Source: Candidatus Cloacimonadales bacterium (GTDB lineage Bacteria; Cloacimonadota; Cloacimonadia; Cloacimonadales; JAFGVF01). From it: DNA of 64,000 bases. This document shows positions 17,501 to 26,281 of this stretch, piece after piece. Both the position numbers and the translations under genes were made by a program. The notes beneath the pieces were generated by a model, which was not told where the DNA came from, did not search any database, and saw nothing but the letters and a program-made list of their open reading frames with translations. The first letter of the stretch is position 1. The number at the start of each line of letters is the position of its first letter. The stretch spans positions 1,364,554-1,428,553 of the forward strand of contig OY829950.1 of assembly GCA_963692475.1 (NCBI GenBank), in the 5' to 3' direction.

Positions 17501-19716
17501 GGGCAGTTCATTGAATTAGTGATTAACCATTCATCTTGTGCACCGTAATCCCACATAACACCAGCTTGATACATTCCTTCGGTAGGAACAACATCACCAG
17601 TTGAGAAAGTAACAGTTTCGTATTGAACCCATGACTGAGTTGTATTAGTTACAACAGTATTCCAGTTAGCAGGAGGGAATGATTCTTCGAAACCTTCTTG
17701 AATACTTTCACCAGCATTAGGATTTGGAGCTTCCCAAGTAACTACTGCATCATCACCAGCTAAAGTAGCAACAACGTTAGAAGCAGGGAAAAGAGTTTCA
17801 GTAACTAAGATAGTACCAAGATCTAAATCAATATCAGCTACTACAGCTTGGAAAGAACCAGGTTGGTAACCAACAGCAGTTGCAGTACCAGCATAAGTTT
17901 GATTAGAGAATACACCAGCAATAGTGAAGTAACCATTAGCATCTGTATCGACTTCATAGTTTTCATAACCAGTAAGAGTTACATGAGCTTGGATTCCAGC
18001 ACCAGTATCGTTTGTGATAACTTGTCCAGAAACTTCTACGTTATCAAGCATAGCCATAGTAACATTAACTATAGTTTCTTGGTCTTCAACAACATCAAAT
18101 GTTGCTGTTCCATTATTATATCCGTGTAATGAAGCTGTTAAAGTATAATCTTCGCCTTCAGCAACATAAGGGAATTCAAAGCTACCATTAGCTGTTGACA
18201 TTGTTTGATAGTTAGTACCATCAATAACAAGATTAACACCAGCTAAACCAGTTGTACCGTCAGTAACAGTACCAGTAACTGAGCCCATACCTTCAGTAAT
18301 GAAATAGAAAGTAACATTTGGCATGTTAGCAACAGTTGTTCCACCTTCCATAGCATTTGGATCGAAGTCAATGGAATCACTTTGCCATGAGATTGTTCTA
18401 GCAGTTAATTCTGTAGCTGTATTAAAGAATTTATCACTTGATGAGTAATATTCTGTATCCAAAACTCTTTCAGTGAGAACAACTAAGTTTCCACCTGCAT
18501 AGTTATAAGGAGTATCAAAAGTGATATTGATATTATTTTGTCCTACAGGGAAATCAACATTGCCTGAGAAAACAGCAGTTAATTGAGAAGCAGGAATATA
18601 AGCTGAAAGATCAGTTTGTGTAGTTTCTCCAATCCAGATATTAACAGGCATAGCTGATAAGTCTGTTACGAAGTTATTATAATAAGTAAGACCTTGCATT
18701 TGACCACCAATGTTTAACTCTTCAGCTAAATAGATAGTTTCAGCAACTGAATTCTTATAGTAGAAATTCCAAGGATATTGGTTAGCAGTTGTAGTACCAT
18801 TTCCAACAGGAACAGCAACAATTCCGCCACCAGCTTCTGTAGTGAAGCTCCAAACTGGGCTACTAACAACTAAGTCATTAGCACTATTACGAGATTTTAC
18901 TCTCCAGAAATAAGATGTAAGAGTTTCAAGACCAGTAGCTTGGTATGAAGTAACATTTTGACCATCAATAACCATTGCACTTGCAGCCATTGTAGCAACA
19001 TCAGCAGCAACATCAGAGAAATAAACATCAACATCAGTTGTGTTTTCGCCCAATGTCCATTCTAAACTTGTAGTAGTAGAGACATTTACTGCACCATGAG
19101 CAGGAGCTACTAAAGTAGCAATAGTTGGTTCATTTTCAGCGTCAAATGAAAGTTTAAGATTTGGGAAATAGGTAACATTAGTACCATCAACAGCTGGGAA
19201 ATCTCCATCTTGATATTTGTAAGCTGAGACATTAGTTCCTAAATCAGTTGTATAGAATGATGGATAACCAGTAACATATGTTCCATCCCAGTTTTCCCAT
19301 ACGATTTGAAGATTATCAGTTCCATTATACTCGAAAGGAGTATCTAACATAACACCTTGCCAGCCATTACCATCCCAAGTGATTGCACCATCGTAAACCA
19401 TAGTGAAACCAGCAGTTACAGGGTTTGGATAAGCCACAGGAACAACAGCATCTGTTGTGTGTTTGAAGTAGATTTTTTGATTTAATGTTTCATAACCTGC
19501 AGGTGTATTACTTACATTAAATTGAATCTGATTAATTTCAACTTCCATACCAATAAGGTTGGCGTCAATAATAAAATTTGACCAGCTATAATCATAATAA
19601 CCATATACTGGTAAATATGAAGTAGTGGTGGTTCCGTTTCCAATTTCGATATCCATAGCGAAAATGGATGAAAAAGTCAATAGTAGTGCCAATAAAATTA
19701 GCCCGTTCTTTTTCAT
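14548..19716 (-). CDS. giant cell-surface protein with a T9SS-type C-terminal sorting domain, choice-of-anchor-J / cleaved-adhesin-like modules and CarboxypepD_reg-like domains
   Basis: Signal peptide MKKNGLILLALLLTFSSIFA. Repeated adhesin-like modules and several G..G.F.F..V..G.Y regulatory-like Ig domains. C-terminus described below. Confidence 0.8.
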   Translation of the reverse strand: MKKNGLILLALLLTFSSIFAMDIEIGNGTTTTSYLPVYGYYDYSWSNFIIDANLIGMEVEINQIQFNVSNTPAGYETLNQKIYFKHTTDAVVPVAYPNPVTAGFTMVYDGAITWDGNGWQGVMLDTPFEYNGTDNLQIVWENWDGTYVTGYPSFYTTDLGTNVSAYKYQDGDFPAVDGTNVTYFPNLKLSFDAENEPTIATLVAPAHGAVNVSTTTSLEWTLGENTTDVDVYFSDVAADVATMAASAMVIDGQNVTSYQATGLETLTSYFWRVKSRNSANDLVVSSPVWSFTTEAGGGIVAVPVGNGTTTANQYPWNFYYKNSVAETIYLAEELNIGGQMQGLTYYNNFVTDLSAMPVNIWIGETTQTDLSAYIPASQLTAVFSGNVDFPVGQNNINITFDTPYNYAGGNLVVLTERVLDTEYYSSSDKFFNTATELTARTISWQSDSIDFDPNAMEGGTTVANMPNVTFYFITEGMGSVTGTVTDGTTGLAGVNLVIDGTNYQTMSTANGSFEFPYVAEGEDYTLTASLHGYNNGTATFDVVEDQETIVNVTMAMLDNVEVSGQVITNDTGAGIQAHVTLTGYENYEVDTDANGYFTIAGVFSNQTYAGTATAVGYQPGSFQAVVADIDLDLGTILVTETLFPASNVVATLAGDDAVVTWEAPNPNAGESIQEGFEESFPPANWNTVVTNTTQSWVQYETVTFSTGDVVPTEGMYQAGVMWDYGAQDEWLITNSMNCPAGNLTFDFYGQYGSEYGDNYYVKVSTDGTNWTPIWNASDLPVAENHYDTPIVIDLSAYAGQNVQFAWNFVDGDGQGLWYASYIDNVNIGGRSIRTNEFTSVSKAVRTANVTKFNRNKKNPNEAAAMRVATNNTRSFEAYNVYRFLIEDEANMANWTLVEEETTALTYTDTDWSTLPVGFYKYAVKAVYTNGAEANAVISNWLQNSAMSQVTVNVESNLGDLVADAVVNLMAQTPNPDGEYDEYEAVTDASGTAVISVNTGVYDMTVIASGFSIYETTVDASADVTVDVTVNELALPPSTVVAEQTDANAVITWSAPSGNGGGEASSESFEESFPPTDWTTVVNNTTQSWVQYETVTFSTGDVVPTEGMYQAGVMWDYGAQDEWLITGEMACPAGNLVFDFYGQYGSEYGDNYYVKISTDGSTWTPLWNASDLPAGENHYDAPIVIDLSAYAGQNVQIAWQFVDGDGQGLWYATYIDNITFGGERISSTDLVAVSRANKTVNNIAVKNTPKNRDKRNANEVSGRISPAVYQPQVQTNLVRVENRALLGYKVWRFLSTDQGNEANWTLLTTNMITELTYTDTSWDALASGSYKFAVKAVYTNDNMSPAAFSNVLLKDMYGTVDGTVAAEGGAPINGASVTLDGNTITTDASGYFIFTEVLAGVYDITASAAGYVGQTQSVTVIGTQLTSVDFTLAASDILISDDFESYSDFALEAGPWTLIDGDLSTTYGFQGVSFDNSGSPMSYIVFNPAMTTPPLEEDANAAHSGTKYLACFASTTPTNNDWMITPEFTLGASGSFNFWGKSVMDDYGLERFNVLVSNGSTNPNDFTSISGATYVEAPIEWTEYSYSLDAYANQTIRVAIQCVSNDAFIFMVDDVAIDAPGGTDIPSNDIPAVSQLVGNYPNPFNPETTIAFSTKENGPVSIDIYNIKGQKVKALVSENMQAGPHTVVWNGTDDNGKNVASGVFFYRMKSGKYTSTKKMILMK
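14551..14805 (-). other. T9SS (Por) C-terminal sorting domain / FlgD-Ig-like tail
   Basis: NYPNPFNPETTIAFS...VSIDIYNIKGQKVKALV...GPHTVVWNGTDDNGKNVASGVFFYRMKSGKYTSTKKMILMK is the classic type-A CTD pattern. Confidence 0.75.
15661..17691 (-). repeat. internal tandem duplication of a ~270-aa adhesin-like module (copies 16894-17691 and 15661-16515)
   Basis: Both copies start FEESFPP and share an identical 43-aa run NTTQSWVQYETVTFSTGDVVPTEGMYQAGVMWDYGAQDEWLIT (17518-17646 and 16342-16470). Confidence 0.9.
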
Positions 19717-19992
19717 AACAATATCTCCTTTACTTAAGTGTTTTGTTATTTTAGTAAATTAGTGCTTAGTTTATTGATATAAACTAAGTTATTAATCTAA
19801 ATCAATCCTATTCATATTCAAAAAATACCAAATATTCTTTCAATATAAATTCTTAGAACAATTATATTGAATAGGGGGAAGATTTGTCAATAGCTTTTTT
19901 AGATTTTTTGTATTTCAGCATGATAAACATGCAAATGAAATACTTACATTTGGGAAAAATTAACTTCCCAAGCTGGAATTTATCTTAGAGCG

Positions 19993-22236
19993 TTAACCTA
20001 AATCTGTGTTTAAATGACATGAATAAAATTCTAATTTCTCTTGCAATTTCTTTGTATCAATAGGTTTTGAGAGAAAGTCATTAAAACCTGCTTTAATAAA
20101 ATCTTCTCTATCACCTACCATAGCTTGAGCTGTTAAAGCAATAACAGGAATATTTTTTAATTTATCATCTTTTCTAATGATTTTAACTGTTTCCACTCCA
20201 TCTAATTTTGGCATTTGAATATCCAGAATAATTAAATCAGCCCTATTGTTTTCTAAAAAATCAAGGACTTCCTCACCATTATTTACAATTGTAAAATCTA
20301 CATTTAATCTTTTGAAAATATGGAGCATTAATTTCTGATTTATCACATTATCCTCAGCTATTAATATCTTTGCTACATTTAACTGTTTACTGATAGCTGT
20401 CTCCTTCTTTATTCCTTTTACATTATTAAGAGAGAATATGGTAACCGGGATTTCAATAATAAATTTTGACCCTTTAGAAAGCTCTGATTCTACTGAAATC
20501 TTTCCATGAAGCATTTCAACGAAGTTTTTAGTTATTGCTAGCCCAAGTCCAGTCCCTTGAGCTTTGAGCTGATGATGATTCTCTATCTGCTCAAAATTTT
20601 CAAAAATTTTATCATAATCTTCAGGTGAAATTCCAATACCAGTATCGATCACTTCGAAATTTAGCTGATTATCTTTATAATCAACATTTAGCGTAACAGA
20701 GCCTTGATCTGTAAATTTAACAGCATTATTTATAACATTGGTAAGAATTTGGAAAATCTTTTGTTTATCTGAGTTGATGAATTCAGGTACATTACAGGAT
20801 TTATTGATTTTGAAATAAATACCCTTCTTATGACACATATTAATAAATATATTATTAATCACAATTATTAGTTTTTCAGTCGAGAAGGTTGCAATCTTCA
20901 CTTTAATTTTACCAAATTCAATTTTTGATAGATCAAGAATGTCATTAATAATATTCATCAAATAGTCTGCTGAATCTTTTATTAAATTTAATTTTTCGAT
21001 TTTAAATTCATCTTTTTCTTCATTCAGGACAAGGTCTGTAAAACCTACAATTGCATTCATAGGTGTTCTAATCTCATGACTCATATTAGCTAAAAACTGT
21101 GATTTTGCTTTATTAGCATTCCGAGCTTGGATAGCTAATTCATTGGCTTTTTTATTGCTCTCTACAAGTTCTTTTTCTGTTTCAATTCTCTTCTCAATCT
21201 CTTTTGATAGAAGTAGATTCTTTTCAGCAATTTCCTCTGCTCTTTTCTTCTCCAACTCCAGCTGTGTCTGAATTTTTAGTTGCTTTGTATTTGCTCGATG
21301 AGCATAAATTAAAAGAAACAAAATGAAAACACTGAAAATAACTAACCCTATGATTAGCCAATTCGACCAAATTCTACCTAAAAGAAGGTTTTTAGGATAA
21401 ATTGATATAATCTCAAGATTTGTATTATCAATAGGATATCTGCCAATATAAACTACTTTTTCTGAGGAATCTTCCAAACTATATAAATTATATTTTTGAT
21501 GTGTGTTAGTTGGGATTTCTATTAGCTGTGGAAATTGGTTTTGTGCATAATCATTAAAGATAAAATTACGACTAATTTCATCTTCATAACCTTGAGCTAA
21601 TAGGATTTTCTTAGAACCACCATACTTTCTAAAGACTCCACTCATAATTATGTCATCGTTAATTTCGGCAATAAGAGTCCCACGGAAAGCACCATTATCA
21701 TAATAAGGTTGAATAATAAGAAAATAGTATTTACCAGCAATAAACAGGACTTTAAACTCTGTTGCTTTATCATTAATGGATATTTTTCCCGGATAGTTAA
21801 GAAAGTCTTCTCTTGCATTAGTTGTAGAAGTGAACTCATCAAATATTTTATTTCTATCCTTATCCAAAAAGACTAAACGCCGATAAAGATTCATATCATC
21901 AATAAATTCTTTGCTAATATGAATCAAGAATGCTTTTTCTACAGCTTTTTTTGCTATAATCAATTCAGTATCAGGCGAGAATTGATTATCATAGGTTTGA
22001 AAGTAATTTTTTAGAGGAAGATTATTGCTAAATATTTCGATGTTGTTTTTACAAATTATATTCCAGTATTCTAAAGATTTAGCATCATTAATTACTTGGG
22101 TGTTTAAATCTTTTATAGACCTTTCTTCTAATTCCCTAATCGAGCGATATTGCGTACTCAAAAAAAAGATCATATAGCTTATTAATATAATAAAAACAGA
22201 TATTGTAGTTATATTTTGTTTATGTTTTTTTAGCAT
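19993..22236 (-). CDS. hybrid sensor histidine kinase / response regulator
   Basis: Two TM segments flanking a periplasmic domain, then a coiled coil. H-box [12 protein letters not shown], ATPase boxes [13 protein letters not shown] and GTGLGL, and a C-terminal receiver ILIAEDN...DIQMPKLDG. Confidence 0.85.
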   Translation of the reverse strand: MLKKHKQNITTISVFIILISYMIFFLSTQYRSIRELEERSIKDLNTQVINDAKSLEYWNIICKNNIEIFSNNLPLKNYFQTYDNQFSPDTELIIAKKAVEKAFLIHISKEFIDDMNLYRRLVFLDKDRNKIFDEFTSTTNAREDFLNYPGKISINDKATEFKVLFIAGKYYFLIIQPYYDNGAFRGTLIAEINDDIIMSGVFRKYGGSKKILLAQGYEDEISRNFIFNDYAQNQFPQLIEIPTNTHQKYNLYSLEDSSEKVVYIGRYPIDNTNLEIISIYPKNLLLGRIWSNWLIIGLVIFSVFILFLLIYAHRANTKQLKIQTQLELEKKRAEEIAEKNLLLSKEIEKRIETEKELVESNKKANELAIQARNANKAKSQFLANMSHEIRTPMNAIVGFTDLVLNEEKDEFKIEKLNLIKDSADYLMNIINDILDLSKIEFGKIKVKIATFSTEKLIIVINNIFINMCHKKGIYFKINKSCNVPEFINSDKQKIFQILTNVINNAVKFTDQGSVTLNVDYKDNQLNFEVIDTGIGISPEDYDKIFENFEQIENHHQLKAQGTGLGLAITKNFVEMLHGKISVESELSKGSKFIIEIPVTIFSLNNVKGIKKETAISKQLNVAKILIAEDNVINQKLMLHIFKRLNVDFTIVNNGEEVLDFLENNRADLIILDIQMPKLDGVETVKIIRKDDKLKNIPVIALTAQAMVGDREDFIKAGFNDFLSKPIDTKKLQEKLEFYSCHLNTDLG

Positions 22237-22263
22237 ATTCCCCTTAAAAGATTTCAGTATTTT

Positions 22264-23028
22264 TTATTGAAATCTATTGTTGATTTCCCTCTCACCTTCA
22301 ATTATTGTAATTGAGATGTCATCATCAGAACCTTTTAATAATGCCCTATTGATTAAGCCGATGCTCTTATCTCTGGTTGATTTATCTTCGGATAGACATT
22401 TTTCAATATCTCCTTCAGAAACGAAATCAGTTAAACCATCTGAGCAAAGAATAAATTGAAAATACTCTTTTAATGTCCCAGAATAATGATGAGGTTCAAT
22501 TTCTTTTTTAAATCCTAATGCTGCTGTAATTAAATTTTTATCATTCTGATTGATTATTTCGCTCTTTTTTATAAGACCATCTTTAAATCTTTGCCAGACT
22601 CGGCTATCATCTTCATTAATTTGCCTGAAACCAATCTTATCCCGCAAGTAAACTCTACTATCCCCAATACTAAATGCATAATATTTATCATTAATTATTA
22701 ACAATCCTACTATTGTACTGGAAAGTTTTGGATATTCTTGATGTTTGCTTGAAAAATCCAAAATATCATTATTAACTTCTTGGAGAATTTGACTTATCTC
22801 CTTTTCCACGTCATTAACACTTTCTCTTAAAGTAGGAAACATCGTCTCAAACTTAGAAACAATCATTTTGGATGCAATATCTCCACCAGCGTAACCACCT
22901 ACCCCATCACAAATCATAAACAGTGCTGCATTGAACATATTGATTTGGGAAATATTCAGACTATTGTCTTCATTTCTTTCATGATTTTTCCCTTTTTTGG
23001 AAATTGACCAATATTCAATATTTAGCAC
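22264..23028 (-). CDS. PP2C-family Ser/Thr protein phosphatase
   Basis: GTG start preceded by AGGAAGGA. PP2C blocks NEDN, MICDGVGGYAGG, SIGDSRVY, LCSDGLTD and DDISI. Confidence 0.8.
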   Translation of the reverse strand: MLNIEYWSISKKGKNHERNEDNSLNISQINMFNAALFMICDGVGGYAGGDIASKMIVSKFETMFPTLRESVNDVEKEISQILQEVNNDILDFSSKHQEYPKLSSTIVGLLIINDKYYAFSIGDSRVYLRDKIGFRQINEDDSRVWQRFKDGLIKKSEIINQNDKNLITAALGFKKEIEPHHYSGTLKEYFQFILCSDGLTDFVSEGDIEKCLSEDKSTRDKSIGLINRALLKGSDDDISITIIEGEREINNRFQ

Positions 23029-23238
23029 GATTATTCCTTCCTTTTAGTGTAAAATTTAATTCTAAATCATAATTAAGCAACATCTTATTTAAATTTGCAT
23101 TAATATCTTCATTCAATTCAATAATATCTACCTAGTTTTTTTTGTAAATTGTTTTTTTTCAAAGTGCTTATTTATCTCTTATTAAAGTAGAAAAGACAAT
23201 ATTATTTTCAAAAATTATAGTCTTTTTGAAAATTATTA

Positions 23239-23266
23239 TTGACAGTTTTTTTTATAACTGTATAAA
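23239..23266 (+). promoter_or_regulatory. candidate sigma-70-type promoter (TTGACA-16 nt-TATAAA)
   Basis: TTGACA at 23239-23244 and TATAAA at 23261-23266, in an ORF-free tract. TTGACA recurs at other plausible promoter positions in the window. Confidence 0.35.
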
Positions 23267-23271
23267 ATGCA

Positions 23272-23370
23272 AGAGTAATATGAACTTGTGAAAACAGTTC
23301 TCCTTAATAATGGGTTGGCATGTAATGGAGGTAAGCGTTAACTGCCTAGTTAACGCTTCCTCTTTTTTTT
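23272..23370 (+). ncRNA. candidate ~100-nt small RNA (unknown family)
   Basis: Bounded by the promoter above and a strong intrinsic terminator. Contains a small 5' hairpin (gaacu...aguuc) and a single-stranded CUCCUU. The only ORF is 20 codons with no RBS. Confidence 0.3.
23327..23370 (+). terminator. strong rho-independent terminator
   Basis: ggagg(t)aagcgttaac - tgccta - gttaacgcttcctc(t) forms a ~15-bp stem with one bulge, followed by T8. Confidence 0.65.
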
Positions 23371-23779
23371 AATTTACCTCTCCTTTAAGTTGCATTTAAA
23401 AATCAGGATACCTTTTAAAGTTAAATAGCAGAGCTTTATCAGCTATATATACGAAACCAGTATAGTCCTAATTATCTCATAGTTCTAAACTTGCATACCA
23501 ATTCTTTAATGAGCATATTAACTTTTTCACCACCTTTAAATCTAAATTTTTTACTCACATTTTTCAGTTTGCTACACAATATTATCAAATAATTGCTTTA
23601 TTTTCACAAAGTTAAAATCTTCATTATGTTGTTTTTTTTCCACACTTACAATTTTCACGAAGAGCAATATAGCATCTCTAAACATTATCTATGTAAGCTC
23701 TTATAAGTTTTTTAAGTTGACTCATTTTGACTTAGATTATTTACTGACTTTAGACTTAGAGGTAGAAGAGGTTTGATAG

Positions 23780-26281
23780 ATGAAAGAGTATTTTGTATTA
23801 GATAAATTTTTAGAGAAGAGCAGTTTCCAAACCAATGTATCAGTTCATCATACGGATAATGCTAAGCAAGCTGAATGGGCAGAAATTCCGCCTTCATTAC
23901 ATACATGGGTTAAAGAAACATTGTTAGATTCAGGATACCAGAAGTTATATGTTCACCAAGAAAAAGCTATAATTAGTATATTAAAAGGAATAAATACTGT
24001 TATCAGTACAGGTGTTTCCAGCGGAAAAAGTCTTTGTTACCAAATTCCAGTACTGCACTCATTATCTTTTAATGAACATAACACTAGTCTATGCCTCTAT
24101 CCAACCAAAGCTTTAGCACAAGATCAATATAAATCATTCTCACCTTTGCTAGCTTCCTATTCTACTATTTCAGGAAGGAAAGCAAATATAGACATTTATG
24201 ATGGTGATACAGAACAAAGTCAAAGAAAAGCAATTAGAGAGAGAGCAAATATTATTATAACAAATCCTGATATGTTGCATCTTAGTATTCTACCAAATCA
24301 TAATAGTTGGGCAAAATTCTTTGCAAACCTTAAATATGTTGTTATTGATGAGGTTCATATTTATCGTGGTATCTTTGGTTCTCACTTTACCAATGTTATT
24401 CGTAGATTAAAAAGAATTTGTAGTCACTATGGGGCTTCACCAATCTTTATTCTCACCTCTGCAACAATAGGTAATACTCAAGAATTTATAACTTCTATAA
24501 TTGAACAATTATTTATGATAGTAGATAAAGATTATTCACCACAAGGTAATCGACATTTCCTAATCTATAACCCACCTCTTGTTAATGTTGAATTAGGCAT
24601 AAGAAGAAGTGCTCTTCAAGAGACAACAAGAATAGCAAATTTCTTCAATAAGTTAAATGTTCAAACCTTAATTTTCACTCGTTCAAGAAGATCAGTAGAA
24701 CTTATCGTAAGCAACTTAAAAAAGAGTAGCAGTAAAGCATTTACAGGTTATAGAAGTGGATATTTAAAAGAAGAGAGAAGAGAGATAGAGAAACAACTTA
24801 AAAATGGTGAACTAAATAGTGTAGTTTCCACTAATGCATTAGAGTTAGGAATTGATATAGGAGATTTAGATGTAGTAATTATCAATGGATACCCTGGAAC
24901 AATTGCATCGACATTACAACAAGCAGGGAGAACAGGACGAACAGGTAATGATTCTTTAGTAGTCATGGTAGCTAACTCTACTTTGATAAATCAATATTTA
25001 GTAAAATATCCTGATTATCTATTTTCTAAAACACCTGAACAAGCTCTTTTGGATGCTAATAACCCCTATATTCTCTTAGATCATCTAAAATCTACAATCT
25101 ATGAAATACCTTTTGATAGAAGAGATATATACTATGGAGTAAACAGAGAGATGATTAATGAATTATTAGATTTCCTTTTAGACAAAGGTTATGCTATTGA
25201 AAGGGATAATACGGTTTATTGGAATTCACCAAGAATACCTGCCCAAGAGACATCTCTGCGAACAATTAACTCTAATAATTATACTGTTTTGCACCAAGGG
25301 AAAAATATCGGAATTATTGATAATAATAGTGCTTATTGGTTTGCTCATGAGAAAGCTGTCTATATCCATAATGGTGAGCCATATTTAGTAACAAAATTTG
25401 ATAGAAAATTGAAAAATATTGAAGTATGTATCCATGATAAAGATTATTTTACAGAACCAATTATCAAAACGGATTATGAGTTAAGAAAAGAGCTTAATCT
25501 CTTCACTTATTCATTCGGAAAAGCTCATTATGCTGTCCTGAATGTGCATACACAAGTTACAGGTTTTAAGAAAATCAAGTGGAATAGTCGCGAGATATTA
25601 GACACTGACGATTTAGATTTACCTCAAACAACCCTCCCAACTAAAGGTATAATATTAACACTTTCAGACTTTTATGAGGAGTTTTTGGAGAAAAAAGGAA
25701 ACAGTTCCAAGCAAAATAATTATGGTAAAGATTGGAATGATATCAAGAAATTAGTAAAACAAAGAGACCATCATACTTGTCAGAATTGTGGTAAATTTGA
25801 GAGTAGTGTTTCATTTGATGTACACCATATAAAGCCATTTAAATCTTTCTCTAATAGTCAAGAAGCTAATAAAATGGAGAATTTAATTACTCTCTGCAGA
25901 CAGTGTCATCGAAATGCAGAAATACCAGTAAAAATCCAAAGTACAATGGCAGGCTTAGCCTATTTAATTAGAAACCTTGCTCCTCTATATTTAATGTGTG
26001 CCAATAGTGATATTCAAGTTAATTATAGCGATGATTCAAAATTATCTGATGGGAAAGGAGCTATAATCATCTATGATGCTTTTAAAGGAGGAATTGGCCT
26101 TTCAAAAAAACTCTTTACTAACTTAGAAGCAATCTTAAACTTATGCTATGCTCAAGTTAAAGATTGTGATTGCAGTGAAGGATGTCCTTCTTGTACAGGA
26201 CCTGTGGCAGAAAATGGTTTTGGAGCAAAAGAGAGTGTCTTAGAGCTTTTAGAAGAAATAAGTGGAGCAAGAGATGTCTGA
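23780..26281 (+). CDS. MrfA/YprA-like DEXH-box helicase with C-terminal DUF1998 (Zn-binding) domain carrying an inserted HNH nuclease module
   Basis: Helicase motifs I TGVSSGKS, II VIDEVH, III TSAT and VI QQAGRTGR. C-terminal DUF1998 signature IIYDAFKGGIGL...CDCSEGCPSC. HNH module between them (see next feature). Confidence 0.85.
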   Translation: MKEYFVLDKFLEKSSFQTNVSVHHTDNAKQAEWAEIPPSLHTWVKETLLDSGYQKLYVHQEKAIISILKGINTVISTGVSSGKSLCYQIPVLHSLSFNEHNTSLCLYPTKALAQDQYKSFSPLLASYSTISGRKANIDIYDGDTEQSQRKAIRERANIIITNPDMLHLSILPNHNSWAKFFANLKYVVIDEVHIYRGIFGSHFTNVIRRLKRICSHYGASPIFILTSATIGNTQEFITSIIEQLFMIVDKDYSPQGNRHFLIYNPPLVNVELGIRRSALQETTRIANFFNKLNVQTLIFTRSRRSVELIVSNLKKSSSKAFTGYRSGYLKEERREIEKQLKNGELNSVVSTNALELGIDIGDLDVVIINGYPGTIASTLQQAGRTGRTGNDSLVVMVANSTLINQYLVKYPDYLFSKTPEQALLDANNPYILLDHLKSTIYEIPFDRRDIYYGVNREMINELLDFLLDKGYAIERDNTVYWNSPRIPAQETSLRTINSNNYTVLHQGKNIGIIDNNSAYWFAHEKAVYIHNGEPYLVTKFDRKLKNIEVCIHDKDYFTEPIIKTDYELRKELNLFTYSFGKAHYAVLNVHTQVTGFKKIKWNSREILDTDDLDLPQTTLPTKGIILTLSDFYEEFLEKKGNSSKQNNYGKDWNDIKKLVKQRDHHTCQNCGKFESSVSFDVHHIKPFKSFSNSQEANKMENLITLCRQCHRNAEIPVKIQSTMAGLAYLIRNLAPLYLMCANSDIQVNYSDDSKLSDGKGAIIIYDAFKGGIGLSKKLFTNLEAILNLCYAQVKDCDCSEGCPSCTGPVAENGFGAKESVLELLEEISGARDV
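25763..25922 (+). other. HNH (beta-beta-alpha-Me) nuclease motif embedded in the helicase C-terminal domain
   Basis: RDHHTCQNCGKFESSVSFDVHHIKPFKSFSNSQEANKMENLITLCRQCHRNAE gives the pattern CxxC ... HH ... N ... CxxCH. Confidence 0.75.

Noticed and set aside
8139-18129. Short ORFs antisense or out of frame inside the two giant surface-protein genes (8139-8372, 9149-9385, 9237-9515, 10084-10269, 10524-10757, 11042-11224, 11245-11466, 16466-16681, 17848-18129, 14527-14763).
   Set aside because: All are nested in long ORFs with clear domain content, and their translations are compositionally odd. 14527-14763 would overlap the terminator and the T9SS tail.
23282-23300. GAAC-N11-GTTC dyad upstream of the MrfAB-like pair, considered as an SOS/LexA box.
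   Set aside because: The spacing does not match the Cheo-box (GAAC-N4-GTTC) or any LexA motif I know. It lies ~480 bp from the helicase start and inside the predicted sRNA, so it is more simply a small hairpin.
23310-23372. 20-codon ORF (MGWHVMEVSVNCLVNASSFF) inside the small-RNA candidate.
   Set aside because: It has no ribosome-binding site; the upstream CUCCUU is the complement of an SD. The ORF runs through the terminator stem and the peptide has no recognisable features.
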